This document shows positions 28,103 to 36,074 of a DNA stretch of 64,000 bases, one piece after another. How positions within the stretch are numbered: position 1 is the stretch's first letter; every line of letters begins with the position of its first letter. A program made the position numbers and the translations under genes. The notes beneath the pieces are model-generated. The model was not told the origin of the DNA and made no database searches. It saw only the letters and a program-made list of their open reading frames with translations. Source of the DNA: Bosea sp. (in: a-proteobacteria). Its GTDB lineage: Bacteria > Pseudomonadota > Alphaproteobacteria > Rhizobiales > Beijerinckiaceae. The stretch covers positions 2,806 through 66,805 of the forward strand of contig NZ_JAUXYO010000053.1 in NCBI RefSeq assembly GCF_030694325.1, given 5' to 3'.

Positions 28103-28290
28103 TTGGTCCAGAGCCGGAGCGCGTGAATGGGCTCCTGCAGGTAGCTGCGCTTGACCCGGATGGTGCGGGCGGCGGCTTCGAGATCGGCGACGGAGCCCTT
28201 GAGCGACTCCAGCGTTTCCGGGCCGACCTTCAGGCCGTATTCGGCAAGCTTGGCCTCGATCGGGATCGGCGTGGCGGGCGTGTCGGTCAT
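28099..28290 (-). CDS. Small amidase partner protein S5 (63 aa)
   Basis: Internal ATG of ORF 28099..28500 with RBS GGAGG. ...RSYLQEPIHAL motif. Confidence 0.65.
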   Translation of the reverse strand: MTDTPATPIPIEAKLAEYGLKVGPETLESLKGSVADLEAAARTIRVKRSYLQEPIHALRLWTK

Positions 28291-28328
28291 GGCGGCCTCC
28301 GGGATTCGAATGAAAGGGCGGGCGGCGG

Positions 28329-29753
28329 TTATTCGGCGGCGAGACTCATCGGCGCGGCGGCCTCCGGGCTCGGCCGCCGTTCCCGCCAGGCGGTCGCGGC
28401 CTCGTAGGCCTGGGCGGCGCGGTAGATCGTCGCCTCGCCGAAGGCATGGCCGGCGATCTGGACCGAGAGCGGCAGGCCCGAGGCCGAGAAGCCGCAGCAC
28501 ATCGTCAGCGACGGCATGCCGGTGACGTTGAAGGGGAATGTCAGCGGCGGCTTGGCGAACAGGCCGAATTTCGGGATCTCGGTGATCACCGGTGCGGGCG
28601 TCGCGGTTGCGGCGCAGACGATGATGTCGTAGCGCGACATCGTCCTGGCGACAGCCGCGACCAGCTCCGTGCGCATCCGCAGCGCCTGGACATAGTCGCT
28701 GGCGTCGATCAGCCCGGCGAGCAGCAGCCGGTCGCGCAGGATCTCGCCATAGAGCTCGGGCCGCGCCTGGATGTTGGGCTCGTGGATGGCGAAGGCCTCC
28801 GAGAGCAGGATCATCATCCCGCAGGCGGCGAAATCGGCCAGCGGCGGCAGCGTCACCTCCTCGACTGTCGCCCCGAGGCCCGCGAGCGTCGTCGCGACGC
28901 CTTCGACCGCGCTTTGCACCTCATCCGTGGCCTCGGCCTGGGCCCCGAGCGAGGGCAGATAGCCGATGCGCAGACCTTTCACGCCAGCGCCCAGTAGCGC
29001 CTCGGGCGTGGGATCGGGCCGGTCGGCGCTGGCGGGGTCGAGCTGGTCGTGCCCGGCCAGAACCTTCATGAGGAGAGCGTTGTCCTCGACCGTCCAGGTC
29101 ATCGGGCCGATATGGTCGAGGCTTTGCGAGAGCGGCAGCACGCCGCGCCGCGAGACCAGCCCATAGGTCGGCTTCATCCCGACGATGCCGCAGAAAGCGG
29201 CCGGCAGACGGATCGAGCCGCCGGTGTCGGTGCCCAGCGCTGCCGGCACGAAGCCGGCCGCCACCGCGGCGCCCGAGCCCGAGGAGGAGCCGCCGGTGAA
29301 ATGCGCGAGGTTCCACGGGTTGCGCGCCGGCGGAAAGGGCAGGTCGAAGGAGGGTCCGCCCATGGCGAATTCATGGGTCGCGAGCTTGCCGAGGATGACG
29401 GCGCCCGCCGCCTTCAGCTTCTGGGTGACGAAGGCGTCGTCGGTCGCCCAGTTGTCGATGAGCTGGTGCGAATGGGCGGTGGTGCGCACGCCCTTGAGGT
29501 CGATGATGTCCTTCAGCCCGACCGGCACGCCATGCAGCGGACCGCGGCTGATCCCCGTCATCACCTCCGCCTCCGCCTTCTTCGCCTGGGCGAGGGCGAG
29601 GTCGGCGGTCACCTCGATGAAGGCATGCGTCATCCCGTCGAGCGCCGCGACGCGGGCGATCAGCGCCTTGGTCAGCTCGACCGGGGAGACGGTCTTCGCC
29701 GCGATCGCCTTGGCCAGGTCTGCGACGGTCATGAAATGCAACGGTGCGGACAT
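28329..29753 (-). CDS. Amidase-signature family amidase A6 (no small ORF immediately upstream)
   Basis: 474 aa with GLKD, GGSSSGSGAAVAAG and GTDTGGSIRLPA motifs. Confidence 0.9.
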   Translation of the reverse strand: MSAPLHFMTVADLAKAIAAKTVSPVELTKALIARVAALDGMTHAFIEVTADLALAQAKKAEAEVMTGISRGPLHGVPVGLKDIIDLKGVRTTAHSHQLIDNWATDDAFVTQKLKAAGAVILGKLATHEFAMGGPSFDLPFPPARNPWNLAHFTGGSSSGSGAAVAAGFVPAALGTDTGGSIRLPAAFCGIVGMKPTYGLVSRRGVLPLSQSLDHIGPMTWTVEDNALLMKVLAGHDQLDPASADRPDPTPEALLGAGVKGLRIGYLPSLGAQAEATDEVQSAVEGVATTLAGLGATVEEVTLPPLADFAACGMMILLSEAFAIHEPNIQARPELYGEILRDRLLLAGLIDASDYVQALRMRTELVAAVARTMSRYDIIVCAATATPAPVITEIPKFGLFAKPPLTFPFNVTGMPSLTMCCGFSASGLPLSVQIAGHAFGEATIYRAAQAYEAATAWRERRPSPEAAAPMSLAAE

Positions 29754-29852
29754 GGCACGGGCCTCCTGACGAGCGATGGGCGGCGGAACGTGGAGAGAAA
29801 GGGGTGGCGCGGAGGCGGGCCGGGGAGGAAACCGCCCCCGCGCCGGTGACGC

Positions 29853-31484
29853 TCAGTCGAGGCTGATCGTCACGAAGTCCTGCATCCAGCTCTGGGCCGG
29901 GACGAAGCCCTTGACCTTGGGCGACATGGCCCGCGGGTTCAGGTCGTGGACGATGAAGAGCCGGCCCGCCTGCTCGCTGACGATCTCGTGCAGGCGGATG
30001 AACAGCGCCAGCGACTTCTCCGGCTCGAAGGTGTTCATCGCCTTCTCGGCGAGTTCGTCGAACTCCTTGTTGTCGAACCAGCCCCAGTTCCACCCGCCCG
30101 GAGCCCGCCGCGAGGTGGCGAAATGGCCGATCATGCCGGAGACCGGGTCGACCGAGCCGAGCGAGATATTGATCGCGTCATAGCTCGGCGCGCGCTCCCA
30201 GCCCTTGAAGAACAGGTCGAGCAGGGCGTTCCAGTCGAGAACCTCGAACTTGACCCTGAAACCGACCGCCTCGAGCTGCGCCTTGACCAGCTCGTTCATC
30301 GGCAGCGGCTGCATTTGGCCCGAGCCCGAGGTCGAGATGCCGACCGTGATCGCGCAGGGGTAGCAACCGGCCTCCTTCAGCAGCGCGGTCGCCTTCTTGG
30401 GATCGTAGGGGTAGGTCTTGGGCTTGCCGTAGATCGCCTGGTGCGGCGTGAACAGCGCCTGGCTGGCCTCGGCAATGCCACCGAGCATGTCGACCATCTC
30501 CTGGCGGTCCATCGCGTGGTTGGCGGCCTGGCGGATGCGGAGGTCCTTGAAGGGCCCGCGCTGGAAGTTGAACTGGTAGTGCCAGTTGTGCGGATAGGTC
30601 AGCGTGGTCACGCGCATGCCGGCCGCCTTCAGCCGCGGCAGCGTGTCGGGCGACGGCGCCTCGATGAAGTCGACCTGGCCGGACAACAGCGCGGCCGCCC
30701 GCGTCGTCGCTTCCGGCATCGGGATCAGCACCATGCGATCATGCTTCGGGACGCGGGCGGGGTTCCAATAATCGGGGTTGCGCACCAGCTCGAGCCGCTC
30801 GCGCGGCACGACCGAGCCGAATTTGTAGGGCCCAGACCCCTGCGGCGAGAGCGCATAGACCTTGTAGTCGTAACCCGCCTTCTCCAGCGCGCATTTCGAG
30901 ATGACGAACCAGACGGCCATGTTGTAGGGGAAGACGGCCTCCGGGACCTTGGTGTCGACCGCGATGGTGTAGTCGTCGATCTTGACGGCACCCGCGACAT
31001 TGATCGTGCGCGAGCGGTTGCGCGCGTAATGGACGGGATTGAACTGCGGCACCTTGTCGTCGGTGATGCGGGCGATGTTCCAGAGCGCAGCCTCGGCGTT
31101 CCAGGGGCAGCCGTCATGGAACTTCACGTCGCGCCGCAGCTCGAAGATCCAGCGCCTGGTGTTGGTCGGGTCCGGATACCATTTCGAGGCCAGCCCCGCC
31201 GTCGGCACCGCCTCGCGGTCGGACCGCGTTAGGTCCCAGTTCAGGAAGCTGTCATAGAGCGAGAAGCCGACGAAGCGCTGGCCCTCGGCGCCCTGGTCGG
31301 GATGGCCCGTCCAATCGGGAATGTCGCCCGCGGTCATCGCCACCCGCAGCACCTTCTCCTGGGCGGATGCCGGCCCGGCCGCGCCGAACAGGAGGGTCGC
31401 ACCAACCACCAGCGCCGCGAGGGGACCGGAGATGCATCGTGGAAGGCTTAGGCAGGGCGACGAGAGCGAAACAGGGCGCTGCAT
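29853..31484 (-). CDS. Orphan ABC substrate-binding protein SBP2 (paralog of SBP1)
   Basis: RBS GGAGG and ATG at 31484. Signal peptide ends ...GPASAQE. Long runs identical to SBP1 (PMPEATTRAAALLSGQVDFIEAPSPDT, STSGSGQMQPLPMNELVK). No adjacent permease genes. Confidence 0.85.
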   Translation of the reverse strand: MQRPVSLSSPCLSLPRCISGPLAALVVGATLLFGAAGPASAQEKVLRVAMTAGDIPDWTGHPDQGAEGQRFVGFSLYDSFLNWDLTRSDREAVPTAGLASKWYPDPTNTRRWIFELRRDVKFHDGCPWNAEAALWNIARITDDKVPQFNPVHYARNRSRTINVAGAVKIDDYTIAVDTKVPEAVFPYNMAVWFVISKCALEKAGYDYKVYALSPQGSGPYKFGSVVPRERLELVRNPDYWNPARVPKHDRMVLIPMPEATTRAAALLSGQVDFIEAPSPDTLPRLKAAGMRVTTLTYPHNWHYQFNFQRGPFKDLRIRQAANHAMDRQEMVDMLGGIAEASQALFTPHQAIYGKPKTYPYDPKKATALLKEAGCYPCAITVGISTSGSGQMQPLPMNELVKAQLEAVGFRVKFEVLDWNALLDLFFKGWERAPSYDAINISLGSVDPVSGMIGHFATSRRAPGGWNWGWFDNKEFDELAEKAMNTFEPEKSLALFIRLHEIVSEQAGRLFIVHDLNPRAMSPKVKGFVPAQSWMQDFVTISLD

Positions 31485-31561
31485 GCGGACCTCCAACCCA
31501 GGATACACGGACCGCGGCGCGGCCCTGGGCAGCTCTGCAACGAGCATGCCAGCCCCGGTTA

Positions 31562-31573
31562 ATTGTATCCAAC
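31562..31573. promoter_or_regulatory. Candidate operator, copy 6
   Basis: The minus strand reads GTTGGATACAAT, 78 nt upstream of the SBP2 start. Confidence 0.4.
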
Positions 31574-31822
31574 ACGGCTGCGCGCGAGGTGGCGATCCGA
31601 CTCGAACAGCCGGCGCCTCCTTTGGACAGGCGCGGTCGGCCAGTCATTGCATCTGAGAAATCTTGTGGCGCGAAGCGCTTTCGACCGCAAACTCGACCCA
31701 GCCCCGCATCGTTTGAGACGATTATCGGACAACAGGCATGCGCCCAGCGCAGGCGGAATGACCGGATGGCCGCCGCGGCGGCCGCACCAGATCCCGGGCC
31801 CGACCTCCCCCCACTCCGATAA

Positions 31823-31834
31823 AATGGATACAAT
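31823..31834. promoter_or_regulatory. Candidate operator, copy 7
   Basis: AATGGATACAAT, in the SBP2/tspO divergent intergenic region. Confidence 0.35.
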
Positions 31835-32022
31835 TTGATCGCCTGAACCGAATTTGTGCAGGCACTTTAATCCCCGCTGGAGTTCGCCGGCATGGACCCG
31901 AGAAGGCAGCCCTCACCCGCCACGCGGTCGCTCGCGCCCCATTCCCAATTCGTGGCGGCGCAACGCATGGGCTATGCTAGCCTGTCTGCCTTGTCTTCGG
32001 ACGATCGAGTGGTGGCAGACTC

Positions 32023-32505
32023 ATGACGCTGACGGATGGCCTGGGCCTGGCGGGCTTCGTCGTCGCCTGTGTGGCGGCGGCGAGTTCGGGCGCGATCTTC
32101 AAGCCCGGCGCCTGGTATGAGGGCTTGGCGAAGCCCTGGTGGCGGCCGCCGAACTGGCTCTTCCCACCGGCCTGGACGCTGCTCTACTGCATGATCGCGG
32201 CATCCGGCTGGCTGGTCTGGCGCAAGGCGGGTTTCGCCGGCGCAGGGATGCCGCTGGCCGTCTACGGCATCCAGCTCGTCCTGAACGCGATGTGGTCGGG
32301 GATGTTCTTCGGCCTGCGCCGGATGGACTTGGCCTTCGTCAATGTCTGCGCGCTGTGGCTCTCGATCGCGGCGCTGATCATGTTGTTCTCGCCGATCGAT
32401 GCCCTCGCCGCCTGGCTGCTCGTCCCCTATCTCGCCTGGGTCAGCTTCGCGGCGTTCCTGAACTACACCGTCTGGCGGATGAACCCGAACACAGCGCGAA
32501 GCTGA
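32023..32505 (+). CDS. tspO: TspO/MBR tryptophan-rich sensory protein
   Basis: 160 aa with 5 TM segments and Trp-rich segments (WWRPPNWLFPPAWTLLY, LNAMWSGMFFG). Confidence 0.85.
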   Translation: MTLTDGLGLAGFVVACVAAASSGAIFKPGAWYEGLAKPWWRPPNWLFPPAWTLLYCMIAASGWLVWRKAGFAGAGMPLAVYGIQLVLNAMWSGMFFGLRRMDLAFVNVCALWLSIAALIMLFSPIDALAAWLLVPYLAWVSFAAFLNYTVWRMNPNTARS

Positions 32506-32513
32506 GGGCGGCT

Positions 32514-33458
32514 TCAGGCCCCGACATATTTGAAATGCGCGCCGACGCTGCGATAGGAGGCTTCCAGCACGTCGACGCCGCCCGCCAGCCGCAGCGCCTC
32601 GGCGGTCACGAGGCCGAGCTCGACCGCCTCGCGTCCCGGGCGGTCGTCGCTGGCGGTGATGCGCTGGGATCCGTCATGGGCGGTGATCTGAGCATGCAGG
32701 AACAGCCGGTCGCCCTGCCAGGTCGCGCTCGCGCCCACGGGCAGGCTGCAGCCGGCGCCGAGCGCATGCAGCAGCGCCCGCTCGCAATCGACCTCGGCGC
32801 GCGCCTTGGGGTCCTCGATGTCCTTGAGCATGGAAAGGATCGTCGGGTTGTCGTCCCGCGCCTGCACGCCGAGCGCCCCCTGCCCGATCGCGTAGGGAAA
32901 CAGGATCGGGTCGAGCAGCTCCGAGGTCGCACCTTCGAGGCCGAGGCGCTGCAGCCCGGCCTGGGCCAGGATCACCGCGTCCAACCCGTCATCGCCGTTG
33001 ATCTTGGCCAGCCGCGGCCCGACATTGCCGCGGATCGGCACCACCTCGACATCGGGCCGCAGGCTCAGGATCTGCGAGCGCCGGCGCAGCGAGCCGGTGC
33101 CGACGCGCGCACCCTCGCGCAGATCGGCCAGCGTCGAGCCGCAGAGCACGTCGCGCGGATCGACCCGCTCGGGCACCGCCGCCAGCACCAGCCCGTCGCG
33201 CAGCGTCGTCGGCAGGTCCTTCAGCGAATGCACGACGATGTCGACCTCGCCCGAGGTCAGCTGGTCCTCATGCTCGGTCGAGAACACGCCGATGATGCCG
33301 AACTGGTGGAATTCGGAGACGCGGTCCTTGTCGGCGATCGTCGCGATCGGGTGCAGCGAGAACTCCGTCTCGGGATGCTTCGCCTTGATCAGCGAGGCGA
33401 TGTAGTTCGTCTGCGCGATGGCGAGGGGGCTGCGGCGCGTACCGATTTTCAGGAGCAT
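32514..33458 (-). CDS. hemC: Hydroxymethylbilane synthase (porphobilinogen deaminase)
   Basis: Starts MLLKIGTRRSPLAIAQT. Contains VHSLKDLPT, GTGSLRR and CSLPVGA (dipyrromethane Cys). Confidence 0.9.
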   Translation of the reverse strand: MLLKIGTRRSPLAIAQTNYIASLIKAKHPETEFSLHPIATIADKDRVSEFHQFGIIGVFSTEHEDQLTSGEVDIVVHSLKDLPTTLRDGLVLAAVPERVDPRDVLCGSTLADLREGARVGTGSLRRRSQILSLRPDVEVVPIRGNVGPRLAKINGDDGLDAVILAQAGLQRLGLEGATSELLDPILFPYAIGQGALGVQARDDNPTILSMLKDIEDPKARAEVDCERALLHALGAGCSLPVGASATWQGDRLFLHAQITAHDGSQRITASDDRPGREAVELGLVTAEALRLAGGVDVLEASYRSVGAHFKYVGA

Positions 33459-33573
33459 GGACGAATGACCTAAGCCTGGGCCCCGAGGGCGCCTTCGTGA
33501 ACGATCGAAGTCTCTATCAGCCGAGCAAGTCGCCGAAGCAACGTCAACTGCTTTCCCGTCCCGGATCGCACCA

Positions 33574-35127
33574 TCAGCGCGCCACCAGCGGGAAGGTCGC
33601 GGCGATCGCCCAGGCGAAGGCGAAGGCATTGGCGATGCCGGCCATGAAGGGATGGCCGGAGCGCCGGAACGCCCAGGCGCTGAACAGCCCGTAGACGAGG
33701 AAGAACAGCACGATCACCGGGACGATGATCAGGAGGAAGAACAGCCGCTGGAAGTCGAGCGCGACCGCCAGCCCGAGCGAGATGAGGAAGGCGAGTTTCG
33801 AGGCGAGGAACGCCCCGCGCGCAGCGCCCTCCCCGCGCGTCAGCCACTCATCGGCGAGAAAATAGATCAGCGTCCCCGCCAGCGTCGCGGCAAAGAGCGG
33901 CAGGCGGTGGCCGGCCGGCACGAACGCCGTCACGAAGCTGTGGACCGGCCAGGCGAGCGCGACGAGCCCGAACAGCATCAGCGCCAGCGTCCCCACCGCC
34001 AGCCGGCCGGGCGACATCTCCGACTGCAGGCGGTCCCGCCCGCGCTGGACAAAGGCGACGCAGAGTGCCGTGAGGGCGCCATAGGCCGCAAAATGCACGG
34101 CGAGATAGTCGCCGACGATGACGGGCAGGAAGGTTGTCGGCACGAAGCGCAGCAGGATCGGCGTCAGCAGCGCCGGCAGGATCAGCGGCAGCGCGATGCG
34201 CCGCCAGCCCAGCCCTGCCCCGACCGGCGGCGAGGCCACGCGTGGCAGCAGCGCCGAGAGCGGCCAGGCCAGCAGGACGACGCCGGCGAGCAGCAGCAGG
34301 ATCCACACGCCCCGGCTGTCGAGATCGGGGTTTGCTGCAGCCGGCCGATCGAGGCTCGCATCGAGCCAGGCCAGCGCCTCGCGCAGGCTCGCCTCATTGT
34401 AGAGCACACCGACATGCTCGGCCCGGGGACTGACGGCGGCGCGCCTGGCGGTCCCCGCCGCGACGTCGCCATAGGTGACTCCCGCCTCGGGAGGGGCCGG
34501 CGCCGAGACCAGCCCGACCGCGCGCAGCGCCTCGCGCCGCAAGCCCCCTTCCCATTCCCCGGCGATGACCAGCAGGTTGCGCGGGCTGGTCGCGGTGACG
34601 GCGGGCGAGAACATCGAGACCGCGACCGTCGCCGCGATATCGGCCCGGCTCTGGGCGACGCGCACGATGATGTCGGTCGCCATCGAATGACCGAGGAGAG
34701 CGAGCCGCCCGTCGCCCAGCCCTTTGGCCCTGTCGACGACGTGCCCGCTCTCCTGGACCAGCCGGCGCGTCGCGCCGTCCTCGCGGGAAATGCTGCCTGT
34801 GAGCGGCACAGGATTGGCGCCATGGCCGGCGAAATCGAAGGTCACCGCGACGTAGCCGGCGCGTGCCAGCGTCACCGCGAAGGGCTGCATCAACTGCTGC
34901 GAGCCTGCGAAACCATGGGCGATCACGACCACGGGGGCGGGGGCCCCGCTCTGGACCGGGCGGAACACCGTCATCGGCGTGCCCTCCGCCGTCATCGCCT
35001 CGATGGTGACGCCGCGCCGCGCATCCTGCAATTGCACCAGGGCGACGCCGATCGCGACGATGGCCAGCCCGGCGATTGTCAGCCGGACCCATGCTTTGGC
35101 AGGCCAGCCCGGCTCGCGCTCCGTCAT
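33574..35127 (-). CDS. Alpha/beta-hydrolase domain fused to a C-terminal polytopic membrane domain (function unknown)
   Basis: 517 aa from MTEREPGW (ATG 35127), 20 nt after the bchG stop. N-terminal TM segment, then VVIAHGFAGS...LLGHSMA (nucleophile-elbow-like), then about 220 aa with 6 or more TM helices. Confidence 0.7.
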   Translation of the reverse strand: MTEREPGWPAKAWVRLTIAGLAIVAIGVALVQLQDARRGVTIEAMTAEGTPMTVFRPVQSGAPAPVVVIAHGFAGSQQLMQPFAVTLARAGYVAVTFDFAGHGANPVPLTGSISREDGATRRLVQESGHVVDRAKGLGDGRLALLGHSMATDIIVRVAQSRADIAATVAVSMFSPAVTATSPRNLLVIAGEWEGGLRREALRAVGLVSAPAPPEAGVTYGDVAAGTARRAAVSPRAEHVGVLYNEASLREALAWLDASLDRPAAANPDLDSRGVWILLLLAGVVLLAWPLSALLPRVASPPVGAGLGWRRIALPLILPALLTPILLRFVPTTFLPVIVGDYLAVHFAAYGALTALCVAFVQRGRDRLQSEMSPGRLAVGTLALMLFGLVALAWPVHSFVTAFVPAGHRLPLFAATLAGTLIYFLADEWLTRGEGAARGAFLASKLAFLISLGLAVALDFQRLFFLLIIVPVIVLFFLVYGLFSAWAFRRSGHPFMAGIANAFAFAWAIAATFPLVAR

Positions 35128-35147
35128 GCCGCGCGCGGGCCCATCGT

Positions 35148-36074
35148 CTAGAATCCCGCGGGCAGGCTGCGCACAGCGACCGCGCTCGCCATCATGCCGA
35201 AGACGAAGAGCGGCACGCCAAAGCCGCTGTAGAACAGGGCCTTGCCGACCGGATCGCGCAGGAAGCGAACCATCAACGCGAGCTGCCCTGTCAGGAAGGC
35301 GCCGACCACGATGGCCTCGATCGGCCGCTGCCACTGCAGCAGCAGCGCGACGACGCCGAACTGCGGCGCAGCCATGATCGCGCAGGCGACCCGCGCCGCG
35401 CCCTGCGCCCCGAGCATCACCGGCAGCGAGCGGATGCCCATTTGCCGGTCGCCCTCCATCGCCTTGAAGTCGTTGAGGGTCATGATGCCGTGGGCGCCGA
35501 GGCTGTAGAGCGCCGCCAGCGTCAGCACCGGCCAGGGTGGGAGCGCGCCGCCGAGCATCACCGCAGCACCCGTCACCCAGGCCAGTCCCTCATAGGAGAA
35601 GCCGCAGGCCGCATTGCCGAGCCAGCCATTGCGCTTCAGCCGCAAGGGCGGCGCGCTATAGGCCCAGGCCAGGAACAGCCCGAGGCAAGTCGCGATCAGC
35701 ACCCAGGAGCCGAGCAGCGAGGCGACCGCCAGCGACAGCCCGGTCCAGATCATCGCGATGTACAGCCCCCAGCGGCCGGGAATGCGGCCTGACGGGATCG
35801 GCCGGTGCGGCTCGTTGATCGCATCGACCTCGCGGTCGTACCAGTCGTTGATCGCCTGGCTCATCGCGCAGACCAACGGTCCCGCCAAGATGACGCCCGA
35901 CAGCGCGACGACGGGATTGTCGGCGATCGACATGCCCGACGACACCACCCCGCAGGCGAAGGCCCACATCGGCGGGAACCAGGTGATCGGCTTGAGCAGT
36001 TCGAGGACCGCCGATGGCGCGGGATAGGCCAAGGGCCCCGTGCCGGGCCTGAGCGTCGCCCCGGTCTCGCTCAT
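35148..36074 (-). CDS. bchG: Bacteriochlorophyll synthase (UbiA-family prenyltransferase)
   Basis: 308 aa with NDWYDREVDAINEPHRPIPSG and a second Asp-rich region LNDFKAMEGDR. ATGA overlap with bchH. Confidence 0.9.
   Translation of the reverse strand: MSETGATLRPGTGPLAYPAPSAVLELLKPITWFPPMWAFACGVVSSGMSIADNPVVALSGVILAGPLVCAMSQAINDWYDREVDAINEPHRPIPSGRIPGRWGLYIAMIWTGLSLAVASLLGSWVLIATCLGLFLAWAYSAPPLRLKRNGWLGNAACGFSYEGLAWVTGAAVMLGGALPPWPVLTLAALYSLGAHGIMTLNDFKAMEGDRQMGIRSLPVMLGAQGAARVACAIMAAPQFGVVALLLQWQRPIEAIVVGAFLTGQLALMVRFLRDPVGKALFYSGFGVPLFVFGMMASAVAVRSLPAGF

Noticed and set aside
3760-31550. The whole amidase block considered as a horizontally acquired genomic island, because it starts next to tRNA-Gln.
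   Set aside because: Base composition and codon bias look like the rest of the window. No integrase, transposase or flanking repeats were recognised. The adjacency to the tRNA may be coincidental.
31854-32120. 88-aa ORF upstream of and overlapping the tspO start.
   Set aside because: It is Arg/Trp/Pro-rich, overlaps tspO out of frame, and has no RBS or recognisable motif.
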